This document shows, one piece after another, positions 1-12,906 of a stretch of 64,000 nucleotides of DNA (within the stretch, counting starts at the first letter, position 1; each line of letters opens with the position of its first letter). The DNA comes from Cyanobacteriota bacterium (lineage in GTDB: Bacteria; Cyanobacteriota; Cyanobacteriia; PCC-6307; Cyanobiaceae): the NCBI GenBank assembly GCA_046052125.1, contig JBJOMY010000003.1:290563-354562 (forward strand), given 5' to 3'. The position numbers and the translations under genes are program-made. The notes beneath the pieces were generated by a model. The model saw only the letters and a list, made by a program, of their open reading frames with translations, had not been told where the DNA came from and made no database searches.

Positions 1-215
<215 letters not shown>

Positions 216-250
216 CGCCATAGGATCCGGCCAAACCTTGCATCAACACC

Positions 251-661
251 ATGGCGGCTGGTTGGCGTCAACTCAAAGCAGCCGTGGTTGCGGTGTGCCT
301 GTGCCTCTCGCTGCTGCTCACCGCCTGCTCGGGCAGCAGCGGCCCCCTCACGGGTAACTATGTGGAAGACACGGTGGCCGTGGCCGACACCCTGCTGGCC
401 ACCATCAGCCTGCCGGCCGATGATCCGGGCCGCTCGGACGCGGAAACCCAGGCCCGCGCCTTGATCAACAACTACATGTCCCGTTATCGGCCCCAGCCGA
501 AGGTGAACGGCCTGGCCTCCTTCACCACCATGCAGACCGCGCTCAACTCCCTGGCCGGTCACTACGCCAACTACCCCAACCGTCCTGTGCCTGATGCCCT
601 GAAGGATCGTCTCTCCAAAGAGCTCAAGAAGGCCGAAACAGGCGTCGTGCGCGGCGCTTGA
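251..661 (+). CDS. psb27: Photosystem II assembly lipoprotein Psb27
   Basis: Lipobox LLTAC, then LTGNYVEDT and SFTTMQTALNSLAGHY motifs typical of Psb27. Confidence 0.93.
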   Translation: MAAGWRQLKAAVVAVCLCLSLLLTACSGSSGPLTGNYVEDTVAVADTLLATISLPADDPGRSDAETQARALINNYMSRYRPQPKVNGLASFTTMQTALNSLAGHYANYPNRPVPDALKDRLSKELKKAETGVVRGA

Positions 662-686
662 TTCACGTCCCCGATCAAGGGTTCAC

Positions 687-709
687 GGCGGCCTACGGGC
701 CGCTTTTTT
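687..709 (+). terminator. Intrinsic terminator after psb27
   Basis: GGCGGCC-TACG-GGCCGCT stem-loop followed by a T-run. Confidence 0.8.
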
Positions 710-786
710 GTGTCGTTCAGCAGCATCGGGCACCGACACTTTGACGGAGGGCCGCTCGATCTGAGATCCTCTTTGTTTGTGCTTAG

Positions 787-2124
<1,338 letters not shown>

Positions 2125-2131
2125 CCCTTTG

Positions 2132-3139
2132 ATGGCCCCCAACAAAACCCTCGACGTTGTCGGTATCGGCAACGCGATCGTTGACGTGCTCGTGCATGCC
2201 GACGACGACCAGCTCGACAACCTCGAGCTCACCAAGGGCACCATGGCCCTGGTGGATGAAGCGGAGGCTGAGCAGCTCTACGCCAGCGTTGGCCCGGGTC
2301 TGGAAACCTCCGGTGGTTCCGCCGCCAACACCCTGGCGGGCATTGCCCAGCTGGGCGGCCGCGCCGGCTTCATCGGCCGGGTGCGCAACGACCAGCTGGG
2401 CAGCATCTTTGCCCACGACATCCGCTCCGTCGGCGCCCGCTTCGACACACCGGCCGCCACCGAGGGACCGTCCACGGCCCGCTGCTTCATTCTCGTCACC
2501 CCTGATGCCCAGCGCACGATGTGCACCTATCTGGGTGCCTCAGTGGGGCTGGACCCCGGCGATCTCGATCTGGAGATGGTGGCCCAGGCGAAGGTGCTAT
2601 ACCTCGAGGGCTACCTCTGGGATAGCGATGAAGCCAAGCGCGCCTTCATCGCCGCCGCTGAAGTGGCCCGCGCCAACGGCGCTGAGGTGGCGCTCAGCCT
2701 CTCCGATGCGTTCTGCGTGGAGCGCCACCGCGACAGCTTCCAGGAACTGGTGGATGGCCATGTGGACATCCTGTTCGCCAATGAGATGGAGATCACCTCC
2801 CTCTACAAGGCCAACAGCTTTGAGGAGGCTGCCGAACAGGTGCGCGGCCGCTGCCGGATGGCGGCGCTGACCCGCAGTGAGCAGGGTTCTGTGATCCTCA
2901 ACGGCAGCGGCACCCACACGATCGAGCCGTTCAAGCTCGGGCCGCTGGTGGATACCACCGGCGCTGGCGATCTCTACGCCGCTGGCTTCCTGCATGCCCA
3001 CACCCGTGGTGCCTCGGTTGAGGAGTGCGGTCGTTTGGGTTCGCTCTGCGCCGGCCAGGTGGTCACGCAGCTTGGACCGCGCCCCCAGGTGGATCTGCGT
3101 CAGCTGATGGCGCAGCACTCGCTCAGCCAGGCGGCGTAG
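2132..3139 (+). CDS. PfkB-family carbohydrate/adenosine kinase
   Basis: GGSAANT and DTTGAGDLYAAGF PfkB signatures; ATG at 2132 just after the purA stop. Confidence 0.9.
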   Translation: MAPNKTLDVVGIGNAIVDVLVHADDDQLDNLELTKGTMALVDEAEAEQLYASVGPGLETSGGSAANTLAGIAQLGGRAGFIGRVRNDQLGSIFAHDIRSVGARFDTPAATEGPSTARCFILVTPDAQRTMCTYLGASVGLDPGDLDLEMVAQAKVLYLEGYLWDSDEAKRAFIAAAEVARANGAEVALSLSDAFCVERHRDSFQELVDGHVDILFANEMEITSLYKANSFEEAAEQVRGRCRMAALTRSEQGSVILNGSGTHTIEPFKLGPLVDTTGAGDLYAAGFLHAHTRGASVEECGRLGSLCAGQVVTQLGPRPQVDLRQLMAQHSLSQAA

Positions 3140-3420
3140 TTGCTGCTGGCCTCTGCAGGCCAGAGCAGCCATTGTGGGGTGCTGTAGCTGTGCAGCTCCC
3201 GCACCGCTGCCTCGAGGGCGCTGGCACAGCTGGCGTGGCTTTTGATCATCAACTGCACTTCGCTGCTGCGCTCCAGGCGCCCCTCCCAGCGATAGAGCGA
3301 GTCCACCGTTTTGAAGGCGATGCAGGCGGCTAAGCGCCGCTCCAGCAGCGTCCTTGCCAGAGCCTCAGCCTGCTCGGCACTGGCTTCGGTGGTGAGGGCA
3401 ATGATGGCGTTGGCGGCCAT
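3100..3420 (-). CDS. cutA: Divalent-cation tolerance protein CutA
   Basis: LLERRLAAC, SLYRWEG and LHSYSTP motifs; start trimmed to the ATG at 3420. Confidence 0.88.
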   Translation of the reverse strand: MAANAIIALTTEASAEQAEALARTLLERRLAACIAFKTVDSLYRWEGRLERSSEVQLMIKSHASCASALEAAVRELHSYSTPQWLLWPAEASSNYAAWLSECCAIS

Positions 3421-3427
3421 GGGGAGC

Positions 3428-4222
3428 TCAGGGCTGGCCCAGCTTCTCCAGCAGCTCTGCCATGGGCAAGCCCGGGCTGGCACTCGGTCTGCGCAGCAGC
3501 AGCAGCGGTAGTTCCAGTTGCTGGCACACCCGTCGCCACAGCGCTTCACTGCGGCCGCCGCCCTGGCGGCAGAGCACCTGCGTGATGCCCCAGCGCCGGC
3601 AGAGGGCCTGCTCGATCGCCCCAGTTCCAAGGGGATCCGGCCGCAGACAGGCGATGCGCTCCTGGGGCAGCCCAGCCGCTAAGGCCGCCTGGAGGCTGGT
3701 GGGCTGATCCAGAACCCTGGCGTAGTGCCTGCACTCCGGTGTGGCAGCGATGGCCGCTCTCAGCTCCCGGGCGCCGATGGCCAGCAGCAAGTGCTCGCCA
3801 GCCATCGACCGCTGCCTGAGAGCGCCAACCCCATCGAGCAGTTCCAGCTCCTCACCAGCAGCGGCCTCGGCCGGCAGGTGCCGCTCGATCTGTGCCAGGG
3901 GCTGATCGAGCGCGCTGCAGAGGCGTTGGAGGCGCTCGCTGATCACCACGGCAAAGGGGTGGGTGGCATCCACCACCCAGCGGGGTGCCAGCTGGCGCAG
4001 CTCCTGCTCCAGGGTTTGATCGCTGCTGCACGCTCCCACGCGTAGCTCGAGGCCGCACCGGTGCCCGTACACCCGAGCGGCGCCCGGTGTCACCACGCTC
4101 ACCCGAACGTTCCAGCCCCGTTGCAGCAGGGCCTCGGCCAGCTCAGGGCCTTCAGCGGTTCCGGCAAACAGCCAGATCCAGGCCTGGGCCGGCTGCCCCT
4201 GGTGCAAAACCGGGCCGTGCAT
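3428..4222 (-). CDS. cobK: Precorrin-6A/cobalt-precorrin-6A reductase
   Basis: WLFAGTAEG, VVDATHPFAVVIS and LLLLRRP motifs of CobK/CbiJ. Confidence 0.88.
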   Translation of the reverse strand: MHGPVLHQGQPAQAWIWLFAGTAEGPELAEALLQRGWNVRVSVVTPGAARVYGHRCGLELRVGACSSDQTLEQELRQLAPRWVVDATHPFAVVISERLQRLCSALDQPLAQIERHLPAEAAAGEELELLDGVGALRQRSMAGEHLLLAIGARELRAAIAATPECRHYARVLDQPTSLQAALAAGLPQERIACLRPDPLGTGAIEQALCRRWGITQVLCRQGGGRSEALWRRVCQQLELPLLLLRRPSASPGLPMAELLEKLGQP

Positions 4223-4254
4223 CAGGATGTGGCCCCCTGCCTGTGAACGCTGCC

Positions 4255-4749
4255 GTGAACCATTGCTTGCTGGAGGTGGAGGTGCTGGAGGCGCCCCAGG
4301 TGCGCTACACCCAGGACAACCAAACTCCGGTGGCGGAGATGGCGGTGCAGTTCGATGGCCTTCGGCCGGACGATCCGCCGGGGCAGCTGAAGGTGGTGGG
4401 CTGGGGCAGCCTCGCGCAGGATCTGCAGAACCGGGTTCAGGTGGGCCAGCGCTTGATGGTGGAAGGCCGCTTGCGCATGAACACCGTGACCCGCCAGGAC
4501 GGCGTGAAAGAGAAGCGGGCTGAGTTCACGCTCTCGCGCTTGCATGCAATCGGGGCCGCCGGCATGGGTGCTGCTCCATCCGCGGCGCCCATGCCGGCGC
4601 GTCAGCCAGCTCCTGCTCCGGCTCGCTCCACTGCGCCTGCGCCGCGCGCGGCAGCACCGGTGGCAGCGGCTGCTCCCGAACCGCCCGCCTGGAACGCCTC
4701 TCCCCTCGTGCCGGATCTGCCGGAAGGCGAAGACGAGATTCCGTTCTGA
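4255..4749 (+). CDS. ssb: Single-stranded DNA-binding protein (cyanobacterial SSB-like)
   Basis: OB-fold (VEGRLRMN), Pro/Ala-rich linker, acidic EDEIPF C-terminus; GTG start at 4255 inferred. Confidence 0.8.
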   Translation: MNHCLLEVEVLEAPQVRYTQDNQTPVAEMAVQFDGLRPDDPPGQLKVVGWGSLAQDLQNRVQVGQRLMVEGRLRMNTVTRQDGVKEKRAEFTLSRLHAIGAAGMGAAPSAAPMPARQPAPAPARSTAPAPRAAAPVAAAAPEPPAWNASPLVPDLPEGEDEIPF

Positions 4750-4762
4750 ATTGCTGGCCGCT

Positions 4763-4993
4763 TCAGCGGCCTGCGCCTGGATCCAGCTTCAGGGTGTCTT
4801 GGGCCTGTTCCAGCACCTGACCGAGCTCCCGCTCCAGAGCGGCGAGATCCAGGCGCAGCTCGGGCCAGCGACCGGCATCGATCTGTTGCAGCAGCCAGAG
4901 CCGGTCGGCGCGCAGCTGCTCCACCAGCTCTGCGGTGGTGGGGTTGGAGCTGGGATCAGCACTCGGTTCGCCGCTGACCGAAGATGGGCCCAT
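4763..4993 (-). CDS. Small conserved hypothetical protein
   Basis: Helical LRADRLWLLQQIDAGRWPELRLDLAALERELGQ segment fills the gap between ssb and the next gene; start uncertain. Confidence 0.6.
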   Translation of the reverse strand: MGPSSVSGEPSADPSSNPTTAELVEQLRADRLWLLQQIDAGRWPELRLDLAALERELGQVLEQAQDTLKLDPGAGR

Positions 4994-5537
4994 GCTTTCC
5001 ATCGCTTCCCCCGGCAGCCTAGTCACCATCGCCGGGGCCTCCCTCTCGGTGATCGGCTGGATCGGCTACGCCACCGGCAACCCCAACCTCAGCCTGCCCA
5101 CGATCTTTTACGGGATCCCCATCCTGTTGGGCGGTCTGGCGCTCAAGTCGTCGGAGTTGCCTCCGGCTGAGTTGCTGCCCGCCCAGCCCGGGGCTGAAGC
5201 GTTGCGCCAGCAGCCCGCCAGCCAGACCCTGCGCAAGCTCCTCAAGGATGTGACCCGCTGGCGCTACGGGCAGAAGGCCCACCTCGAAAGCTCCCTCGAG
5301 GCCCTGAAGCTCTGGGACGAAGACGCGCCGCCCCAGCTGGAGAGCGTGACGGAGCTGGCGGAGAACGGGGGGTATGGCCTGGCCATGCGCTTCCGCACCG
5401 AGGGGGTGCCCTTTGAGCGCTGGCAGGAGAAACAGGACCGCCTCGGCCGCTTCTTTGACAAGGGGCTCGAGGCCCGTCTCAGTCAGCCCGCCAATGGCGA
5501 ACTGCTGTTGGAGTTGGTGCCTGTTCAGCCGGGCTGA
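4992..5537 (+). CDS. DUF2854-like thylakoid membrane protein (APE1-like)
   Basis: Two N-terminal TM helices, [14 protein letters not shown] and [14 protein letters not shown] motifs. Confidence 0.75.
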   Translation: MLSIASPGSLVTIAGASLSVIGWIGYATGNPNLSLPTIFYGIPILLGGLALKSSELPPAELLPAQPGAEALRQQPASQTLRKLLKDVTRWRYGQKAHLESSLEALKLWDEDAPPQLESVTELAENGGYGLAMRFRTEGVPFERWQEKQDRLGRFFDKGLEARLSQPANGELLLELVPVQPG

Positions 5538-5575
5538 GGCGCCCAGCTTTCCCGTTTCTGCCCCCGTTGACGTTC

Positions 5576-6460
5576 ATGCCAGCCGATCAAGACCGCAGCG
5601 ATGCCCTGAGGGTGTCTGTTCTCAGCGAAGCGCTTCCCTACATCCAGCGCTTCGCCGGCCGCCGGGTGGTGGTGAAGTATGGCGGTGCCGCCATGGTGCG
5701 CGCCGATCTGCGGGATGCGGTGTATCGCGATCTGGTGCTGCTGGCTTCGGTGGGGGTCAAGCCCGTGGTGGTGCACGGCGGCGGCCCTGAGATCAACGAC
5801 TGGCTGGGCCGGCTCAACATCGAACCGCAGTTCCGCAATGGGCTGCGGGTCACCACCCCCGAAACCATGGACGTGGTGGAAATGGTGCTGGTGGGCCGGG
5901 TGAACAAACAGATCGTGAACGGCCTCAATCGCCTTGGTGCCAAGGCGGTGGGCCTCAGCGGCAGTGACGGCTCCCTGGTGCGTGCCCGCACCTACGGCGA
6001 TGGCAGCAATGGCTTGGTGGGTGATGTGGCGGCTGTGGATCCTTCGGTGCTGTTCCCGCTGCTGGATGCCGGCTACATCCCGGTGATTTCCTCAGTGGCG
6101 GCCGATCATGAGGGTCAGGCCCACAACATCAATGCCGACACGGTGGCCGGTGAACTCGCCGCCGCGCTGCAGGCCGAGAAGCTGATCCTGCTCACCGATA
6201 CCCCCGGCATTCTTCAGAACCGGGAAGATCCCGACTCCCTGATCCGCTCGGTCACGCTCTCGGAAGCCCGCGGCCTGATCTCCAGTGGCGTGGTGGCCGG
6301 CGGCATGACGCCCAAGACCGAATGCTGCATCCGCGCCCTCGCCCAGGGCGTTTCCGCCGCCCACATCGTGGATGGGCGCACACCGCATGCCCTGCTACTG
6401 GAGGTGTTCACCGATGCCGGCATCGGCACCATGGTGGTGGGGAGTTCGCAGCCTCGCTGA
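5576..6460 (+). CDS. argB: Acetylglutamate kinase
   Basis: [27 protein letters not shown] and GGMTPK motifs. Confidence 0.97.
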   Translation: MPADQDRSDALRVSVLSEALPYIQRFAGRRVVVKYGGAAMVRADLRDAVYRDLVLLASVGVKPVVVHGGGPEINDWLGRLNIEPQFRNGLRVTTPETMDVVEMVLVGRVNKQIVNGLNRLGAKAVGLSGSDGSLVRARTYGDGSNGLVGDVAAVDPSVLFPLLDAGYIPVISSVAADHEGQAHNINADTVAGELAAALQAEKLILLTDTPGILQNREDPDSLIRSVTLSEARGLISSGVVAGGMTPKTECCIRALAQGVSAAHIVDGRTPHALLLEVFTDAGIGTMVVGSSQPR

Positions 6461-6463
6461 TTT

Positions 6464-7588
6464 GTGGAGCAGCCTGAGTCCCCATCCCTGGAGGCGCTGA
6501 GCGACCCTGCGCGCCAGGCCCTGGAGCGGGGTGATTACGGCCGCTGCTGTCAGCTGCTGGAGCCCTTGCTGGCCCAGCATGCGGCCAGCACGCGCTTCGG
6601 CGGAGAGTTACGCCTGCTGCTGGCCACGGCTCAGATGGGCCAGGGCGACACAGTGGCCGCCGCCGCCACCTGCCGCAGTTTGCGGGCCTGCCGAGATGCA
6701 GGCCTCAGGGCCCAGGCCAAGGACCTGCAGGAGGTGCTCGAGGCTCCCACCCTTGAGCGTCCGCGCGAATGGTCGATGACCCTCCCGTCCCTGGGCGAGA
6801 TGCAGCCTTTGGAGGGCCGGGTCACGGCGATGGCCCGCCGCCGCCGTCGGTTGCCGCCACCACCTCCGGCGCCCCCCACCGGTCCCACCAGAGCTCCTTG
6901 GGGATTTGCGCTGGTGGCTGTGGTGTTGCTGCTGATCACCGCGTTGCTGGGCGGCTGCGTGGATCTGGAAACCTCGCTGAACTTCACGGCCCCCGGTCGC
7001 CTGCAGCTCAGCCAAACCAGCCAATCGAGCACCGGCAATCCGTTGCCCTGGCAACGGCAGCTGGCCGCGGAGCTGGGCGATTCGCCTTGGAAACGCCGCC
7101 AGGACCATGGCTTGCTGCGCCTGCGCACAGCGTCTCTGCCCGCCTCCCAGGCGCTTGAGCTGCTCAGCGCCACCTTTGAGCAGGGCGCCGCCTTGGCGGC
7201 TGCGGATCTCCCGGCACCGGCCTTCAGCCTTGAGGAGCGCAACTGGCTGCTGGGTGTCCGTCAAACCTTCCGCTGCAGCATTGATCTGCGGGGGCTGCAG
7301 CCACTGCCGGCTCGGCAGCTGAAGCTGGTGTTTGAACCGCTGCCCTTGCGTGCGGTGCGTTTGGCGGAACCACTGCCGGCGCAGCTGCTTCCCGCCCAGA
7401 AGGGAAAGGCGTCGAGCTTGATCTGGCGCCTGCAACCTGGAGCGATCAATCAATTCGAGTTCCGCTGCTGGCGCTGGAGCCGGCTTGGCCTCGGATCGCT
7501 TGCCATCGCTTTGCTCTTGGCCTTGGTGGCGCTGTTGCAGCGGCTCAAGTTGGCAGCGGGCTTCGGCTTACCCCAGTTGCCTGCATAG
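6464..7588 (+). CDS. DUF3153-like membrane protein with a TPR-like N-terminus
   Basis: ALERGDYG TPR-like start, internal TM followed by LLGGCV, C-terminal TM. Confidence 0.65.
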   Translation: MEQPESPSLEALSDPARQALERGDYGRCCQLLEPLLAQHAASTRFGGELRLLLATAQMGQGDTVAAAATCRSLRACRDAGLRAQAKDLQEVLEAPTLERPREWSMTLPSLGEMQPLEGRVTAMARRRRRLPPPPPAPPTGPTRAPWGFALVAVVLLLITALLGGCVDLETSLNFTAPGRLQLSQTSQSSTGNPLPWQRQLAAELGDSPWKRRQDHGLLRLRTASLPASQALELLSATFEQGAALAAADLPAPAFSLEERNWLLGVRQTFRCSIDLRGLQPLPARQLKLVFEPLPLRAVRLAEPLPAQLLPAQKGKASSLIWRLQPGAINQFEFRCWRWSRLGLGSLAIALLLALVALLQRLKLAAGFGLPQLPA

Positions 7589-7589
7589 T

Positions 7590-9881
7590 TCAGAGCTCGA
7601 GCGGATCGGGGTCGATCGCCAGCGACACATCCCGCGGCAGCAGCGCCCGCAGCTCGCTCTCCATCGGCACCGGCAGTTGGCCTGTGGCTGGCCCATGCAG
7701 CAGCAGTTGCCAGCGGCTTCTTCCCGCCACCCGCGCCACCGGCGCCGGCGCCGGACCAATGATCAGCCAGCCCTGCGCCTGGCTCGCGGGGCGCAGGTGC
7801 TCCGCCAGCAGGGACGCCGCTGTGGCGGTGCCGCTCGCCGATGGCCCCGCCAGCCGCAGCAGGCAGGCGCGGCTGAAGGGCACCAAGCCGGCGGAGTGGC
7901 GTTCTGCCAGCTCCTCCTGCAGAAAGCTTTGATAGCGCCCATCCACCAGGTGCCGGATCACCCGGTGCTCCGGGCTGTAGGTCTGCACCAGCACCTCACC
8001 GGGTTGTTCGCCCCGTCCGGCGCGCCCGGCCAGCTGCAGCAGCAGTTGCAGGCATTCCTCCGAGGCCCGCAGATCGGGCCGATGCAGCAGCCCATCGGCG
8101 GCCAGCACCGCGGCCAGGGTCACCTGGGGGAGATCCATGCCCTTGGCCAGCATCTGCGTGCCCACGAGCACATCGGCTTCCCCGGCAGCGAATCGCTCCA
8201 GCAGGCGGCGGTGTCCATCGCGGCCGCGGGTGGTGTCGCGATCGAAGCGCAGCAGCCGCAAACCCTCGAGCTCCTGTTCCAGGTGCTCCATCACCTGCTG
8301 GGTGCCGGCACCGAAGGGTTTGAAGGCCGTTGATCCGCAGGCACCGCAGCGCTGGCTGATCTCAGAGCGGTGGTCGCACCAGTGGCAGCGCAGCCAGGAG
8401 CGCTCGCGCTGGCGATGCACGGTCATCGCCACGTCGCAGTGGGGACACTCCACCACCTCGCCGCAGCTGCGGCAGCTGAGAAAGCTGCTGTAGCCGCGCC
8501 GAGGCACCAGCACCACGGCCTGGCCGCCGCTGCCCGGCAAGGCCTCCAGCCGTTGCATCAACGGTCGGCTCACCAATCGCCGGTGGCCCTCGGCCAGTTC
8601 CTGGCGCATATCCACCACATGCACGGGCGGGAGGGGCCGGCCGCCGATCCGTTGCGGCAAGCGCAGCAGTTGACAGGCCGGTGCGCTGCCCTGACAGGCG
8701 AGCCAGGTTTCCAGGCTGGGGGTGGCGGAGCCCAGCAGCAGCCGTGCACCGCTCAATCGGGCCCGCAGGCTGGCCACCTCCCGGGCGTGGTAACAGGGCA
8801 TCGGGCTGTCCTGTTTGTAGGAGCGGTCGTGTTCCTCATCAAGCGCGATCAGCCCCAGCTGCGGCAAGGGCAGAAACACAGCTGAGCGGGTTCCCACCAC
8901 CAGCAGCGGTTCAGCTCCGGCCAGGCAGCGCCTCCAGGCCTCGATCCTCTGGCCATCGCTGCAGCCCGAGTGGTACTCCACCACCCGATCACCGAAGCGG
9001 CGCCGGCAGCGATCGAGCAGCTGGGGAATCAAACCGATCTCGGGCGTGAGCAACAGCACCGAGCGCCCCTGCTCGATCTGATGGGCAGCGGCCTGGAGAT
9101 ACACCTCGGTCTTACCGGCTCCGGTGACGCCCCACAGCAGCAACTGCTGCCCTGATCCGGCGCCGTTGATGGCGCTCAGGGCGTTGGCTTGGTCTGGAGT
9201 GAGGGCTTGGGGTTGATCCCGGTTGGCGAGTCCCAGGCCTGCACCTGCTCTGGTGCCATCGAAGCTGCGCCGCTGGCGCTCCACCAGGCCGCGTTTCACC
9301 AGGCCCTCCGCCACACTCGGGCCAAGCTCGAGGCCTTTGAGCAGCTCTCGCTGCCAGCCAGCTCCGCCCTGCTCTCGCAGCTGATCGAGCAACCGGCTCT
9401 GCCCGTTGCTCAGCGAAGGGCTGTCAGCGTTGCGACCCGCGCTCGTGAGCTCCAGCCAGAGCTGTTGCCGGCCGCCAACGGCCTTGCCGGCCTTGCGTTG
9501 ACCCAGCCAACCCGGTGGGAGCGCCGCCCGAAGTGTTCGAAACACGCTGGTGCGGCACGTTTCAGCCACGTGCTCGATCAACTGTTGCCAGTGGCGATCC
9601 ACCGCCGCCCGTTGATGCAGGGCTTCGATCGGTTGCAGTTGCTTGTTGGTGAGGCCATCTGGTGGGCTGTTGAGGAGCTCCACCACCAGTCCGATGTGGC
9701 GTTGGCCCCGCAGCCGCACCTGCACCAGATCGCCGCAACCCACCGCCAGGGCCTTGGGATTGCTGTAGGTGAACACCTGTCCTTCCCGGCCGGCGTCAAG
9801 CCACACCTGGAGCCAGGTGATCGCTTTGCAGTCCTGCTCGGGATTCAAGCCTTGGCTGTTGCTCACCCGACTGTCGCTCAA
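7590..9881 (-). CDS. priA: Primosomal protein N' (replication restart helicase)
   Basis: GVTGAGKTEVY Walker A, DEEH, CxxC zinc clusters, GTQMLAKGMD, QLAGRAGR. Confidence 0.97.
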   Translation of the reverse strand: MSDSRVSNSQGLNPEQDCKAITWLQVWLDAGREGQVFTYSNPKALAVGCGDLVQVRLRGQRHIGLVVELLNSPPDGLTNKQLQPIEALHQRAAVDRHWQQLIEHVAETCRTSVFRTLRAALPPGWLGQRKAGKAVGGRQQLWLELTSAGRNADSPSLSNGQSRLLDQLREQGGAGWQRELLKGLELGPSVAEGLVKRGLVERQRRSFDGTRAGAGLGLANRDQPQALTPDQANALSAINGAGSGQQLLLWGVTGAGKTEVYLQAAAHQIEQGRSVLLLTPEIGLIPQLLDRCRRRFGDRVVEYHSGCSDGQRIEAWRRCLAGAEPLLVVGTRSAVFLPLPQLGLIALDEEHDRSYKQDSPMPCYHAREVASLRARLSGARLLLGSATPSLETWLACQGSAPACQLLRLPQRIGGRPLPPVHVVDMRQELAEGHRRLVSRPLMQRLEALPGSGGQAVVLVPRRGYSSFLSCRSCGEVVECPHCDVAMTVHRQRERSWLRCHWCDHRSEISQRCGACGSTAFKPFGAGTQQVMEHLEQELEGLRLLRFDRDTTRGRDGHRRLLERFAAGEADVLVGTQMLAKGMDLPQVTLAAVLAADGLLHRPDLRASEECLQLLLQLAGRAGRGEQPGEVLVQTYSPEHRVIRHLVDGRYQSFLQEELAERHSAGLVPFSRACLLRLAGPSASGTATAASLLAEHLRPASQAQGWLIIGPAPAPVARVAGRSRWQLLLHGPATGQLPVPMESELRALLPRDVSLAIDPDPLEL

Positions 9882-10322
9882 CCTTGCGGAGCTCGCGGGC
9901 GTTTCTTAAGATGTGATTGTTGAGCAGTCCGTAGGGCTGTAGTCGGAACCAGCAAAGTTCCGTCCAGCGGGAAGATCCGAGGCTGACCAGGCGCCGTTCC
10001 TGCGTCCCCGATCTGCGAACACCCCTGACAGCGTTGCCCGGGCATCCGCCCTCCCGTTCCTGCTCCAGACCTTTTCACCCGTATTGATAGATAGGGCTCT
10101 CGCCCCTCCTGCTTGCTTCAACCCTGTATCTGAGCACCTTCTCCGTCCGGATGTCTTCATCTGAGTCGCGGTAGGTCAAATCCGTTGAGAGCACCAGGCT
10201 GAGCGTTTGTTCCCGTAGTTGGCCGTGATTCGTTTTTGCGTCTGCCGGTGCTGCCGGTGGTCGGTTTTTCTCGTTTCCGGCGCTTTCACCGTTGTTGATC
10301 GCCCCGCCGTCCTTCCCATCCG

Positions 10323-11741
<1,419 letters not shown>

Positions 11742-11760
11742 GTCGAGTGTTGATCGCTTT

Positions 11761-11790
11761 GCCGGCAGGTGCATCCCTGCCGGCTTTCTT
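11761..11790 (+). terminator. Intrinsic terminator after rpoD
   Basis: GCCGGCAGG-TGCATC-CCTGCCGGC stem-loop followed by TTTCTT. Confidence 0.75.
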
Positions 11791-11802
11791 GTGCCAACTG
11801 CC

Positions 11803-12897
11803 ATGAATCCGCGGCTTTCGATTGTTCTGCCCACTTACAACGAGCGGGGCAACATCGAGCCTTTGCTCCAGCAGCTGCTGCCCCTCCAGGAGCACTACAA
11901 CCTGGAAATCCTGGTGGTGGATGACGATTCCGCCGACGGCACCGCCGAGTTGGTGCGTCAACTCGCCCACGCTGAACCTCGGCTGCGCCTGATCCGGCGT
12001 GTGGGTCGCTCTGGCCTGGCCAGTGCGATCAAAGAGGGGCTGCTGGATGCCACCGGTGATGTGGCACTGGTGATGGACAGCGATGGCCAGCACGAACCCA
12101 CGGCCGTGCGTCAGGCGATCGACAGCTTGCTGGCCGGCCCTCTGGATCTGGTGATTGGCAGCCGCTTTCATCCCCAGGCGCAGATCCATGGCCTCAGCGG
12201 CCGCCGCGAAACAGGCTCCACCTGGGCCAATGCCTGCGCCCGTTTCAGCCTGCCGCGCAGCTACGGCCAGCTCACGGATTACATGAGCGGTTTCTTTGCG
12301 CTGCGGCTGGAGGTGCTGCTGCCTCTCATCCGGGCGGTGGATGTGAACGGGTTCAAGTTTCTCTACGAGCTGCTGGCGGTGAGCAAAGGCCGCCTGAGCA
12401 CCGGCGAGGTGCCGCTCAGTTTTCAGCCCCGCAGCTATGGCAGTTCCAAGTTGGATCTGGCCATTTTTTGGGACTTTCTGATCTCGATCCTGCACAGCCT
12501 CAGCTTGCGGCTGCTGCCCCGCCGCGCCATCAGCTTTGGCCTGGTGGGTCTCAGCGGCGTGGTGGTGCAACTGCTGGTGACGCAGCTGTTGATGCTCGGA
12601 TCGCTGGGCTTTGAACAGGCCCTGCCCTTTGCCGTTGTGGCCGCGGCCAGTTCCAATTACCTGATCAACAACGCGCTCACCTTCCGGTTCCAGCGCCTCA
12701 AGGGCCTGGGGCTGCTGCGCGGCTTGCTCAAGTTTCTGCTGGTGGCCTCACTGCCGGTGCTGGCCAATGTGGGCCTCGCCTCGGCCTTCTACAGCTTTGT
12801 GGCGCGCGACACGGTTTCGGCTCAGCTGGCCGGAATCCTGGTGGTGTTCGTGTGGAACTACGCCGCCAGCAGCCGTTTCGTGTGGAACACGCCCTAA
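11803..12897 (+). CDS. GT2 polyprenol-phosphate glycosyltransferase (DPM synthase-like) fused to a C-terminal GtrA-like domain
   Basis: VLPTYNE, VVDDDSADGT, MDSDGQH and TDYMSGFF motifs; C-terminal ~130 aa 4-TM region (FGLVGLSG...WNYAASSRFVW). Confidence 0.88.
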   Translation: MNPRLSIVLPTYNERGNIEPLLQQLLPLQEHYNLEILVVDDDSADGTAELVRQLAHAEPRLRLIRRVGRSGLASAIKEGLLDATGDVALVMDSDGQHEPTAVRQAIDSLLAGPLDLVIGSRFHPQAQIHGLSGRRETGSTWANACARFSLPRSYGQLTDYMSGFFALRLEVLLPLIRAVDVNGFKFLYELLAVSKGRLSTGEVPLSFQPRSYGSSKLDLAIFWDFLISILHSLSLRLLPRRAISFGLVGLSGVVVQLLVTQLLMLGSLGFEQALPFAVVAAASSNYLINNALTFRFQRLKGLGLLRGLLKFLLVASLPVLANVGLASAFYSFVARDTVSAQLAGILVVFVWNYAASSRFVWNTP

Positions 12898-12906
12898 TTT
12901 TTCGGC

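Noticed and set aside
10081..10094. NtcA-like box GTA-N8-TAG upstream of rpoD
   Set aside because: Mismatch to GTA-N8-TAC and no convincing -10 box at the expected spacing
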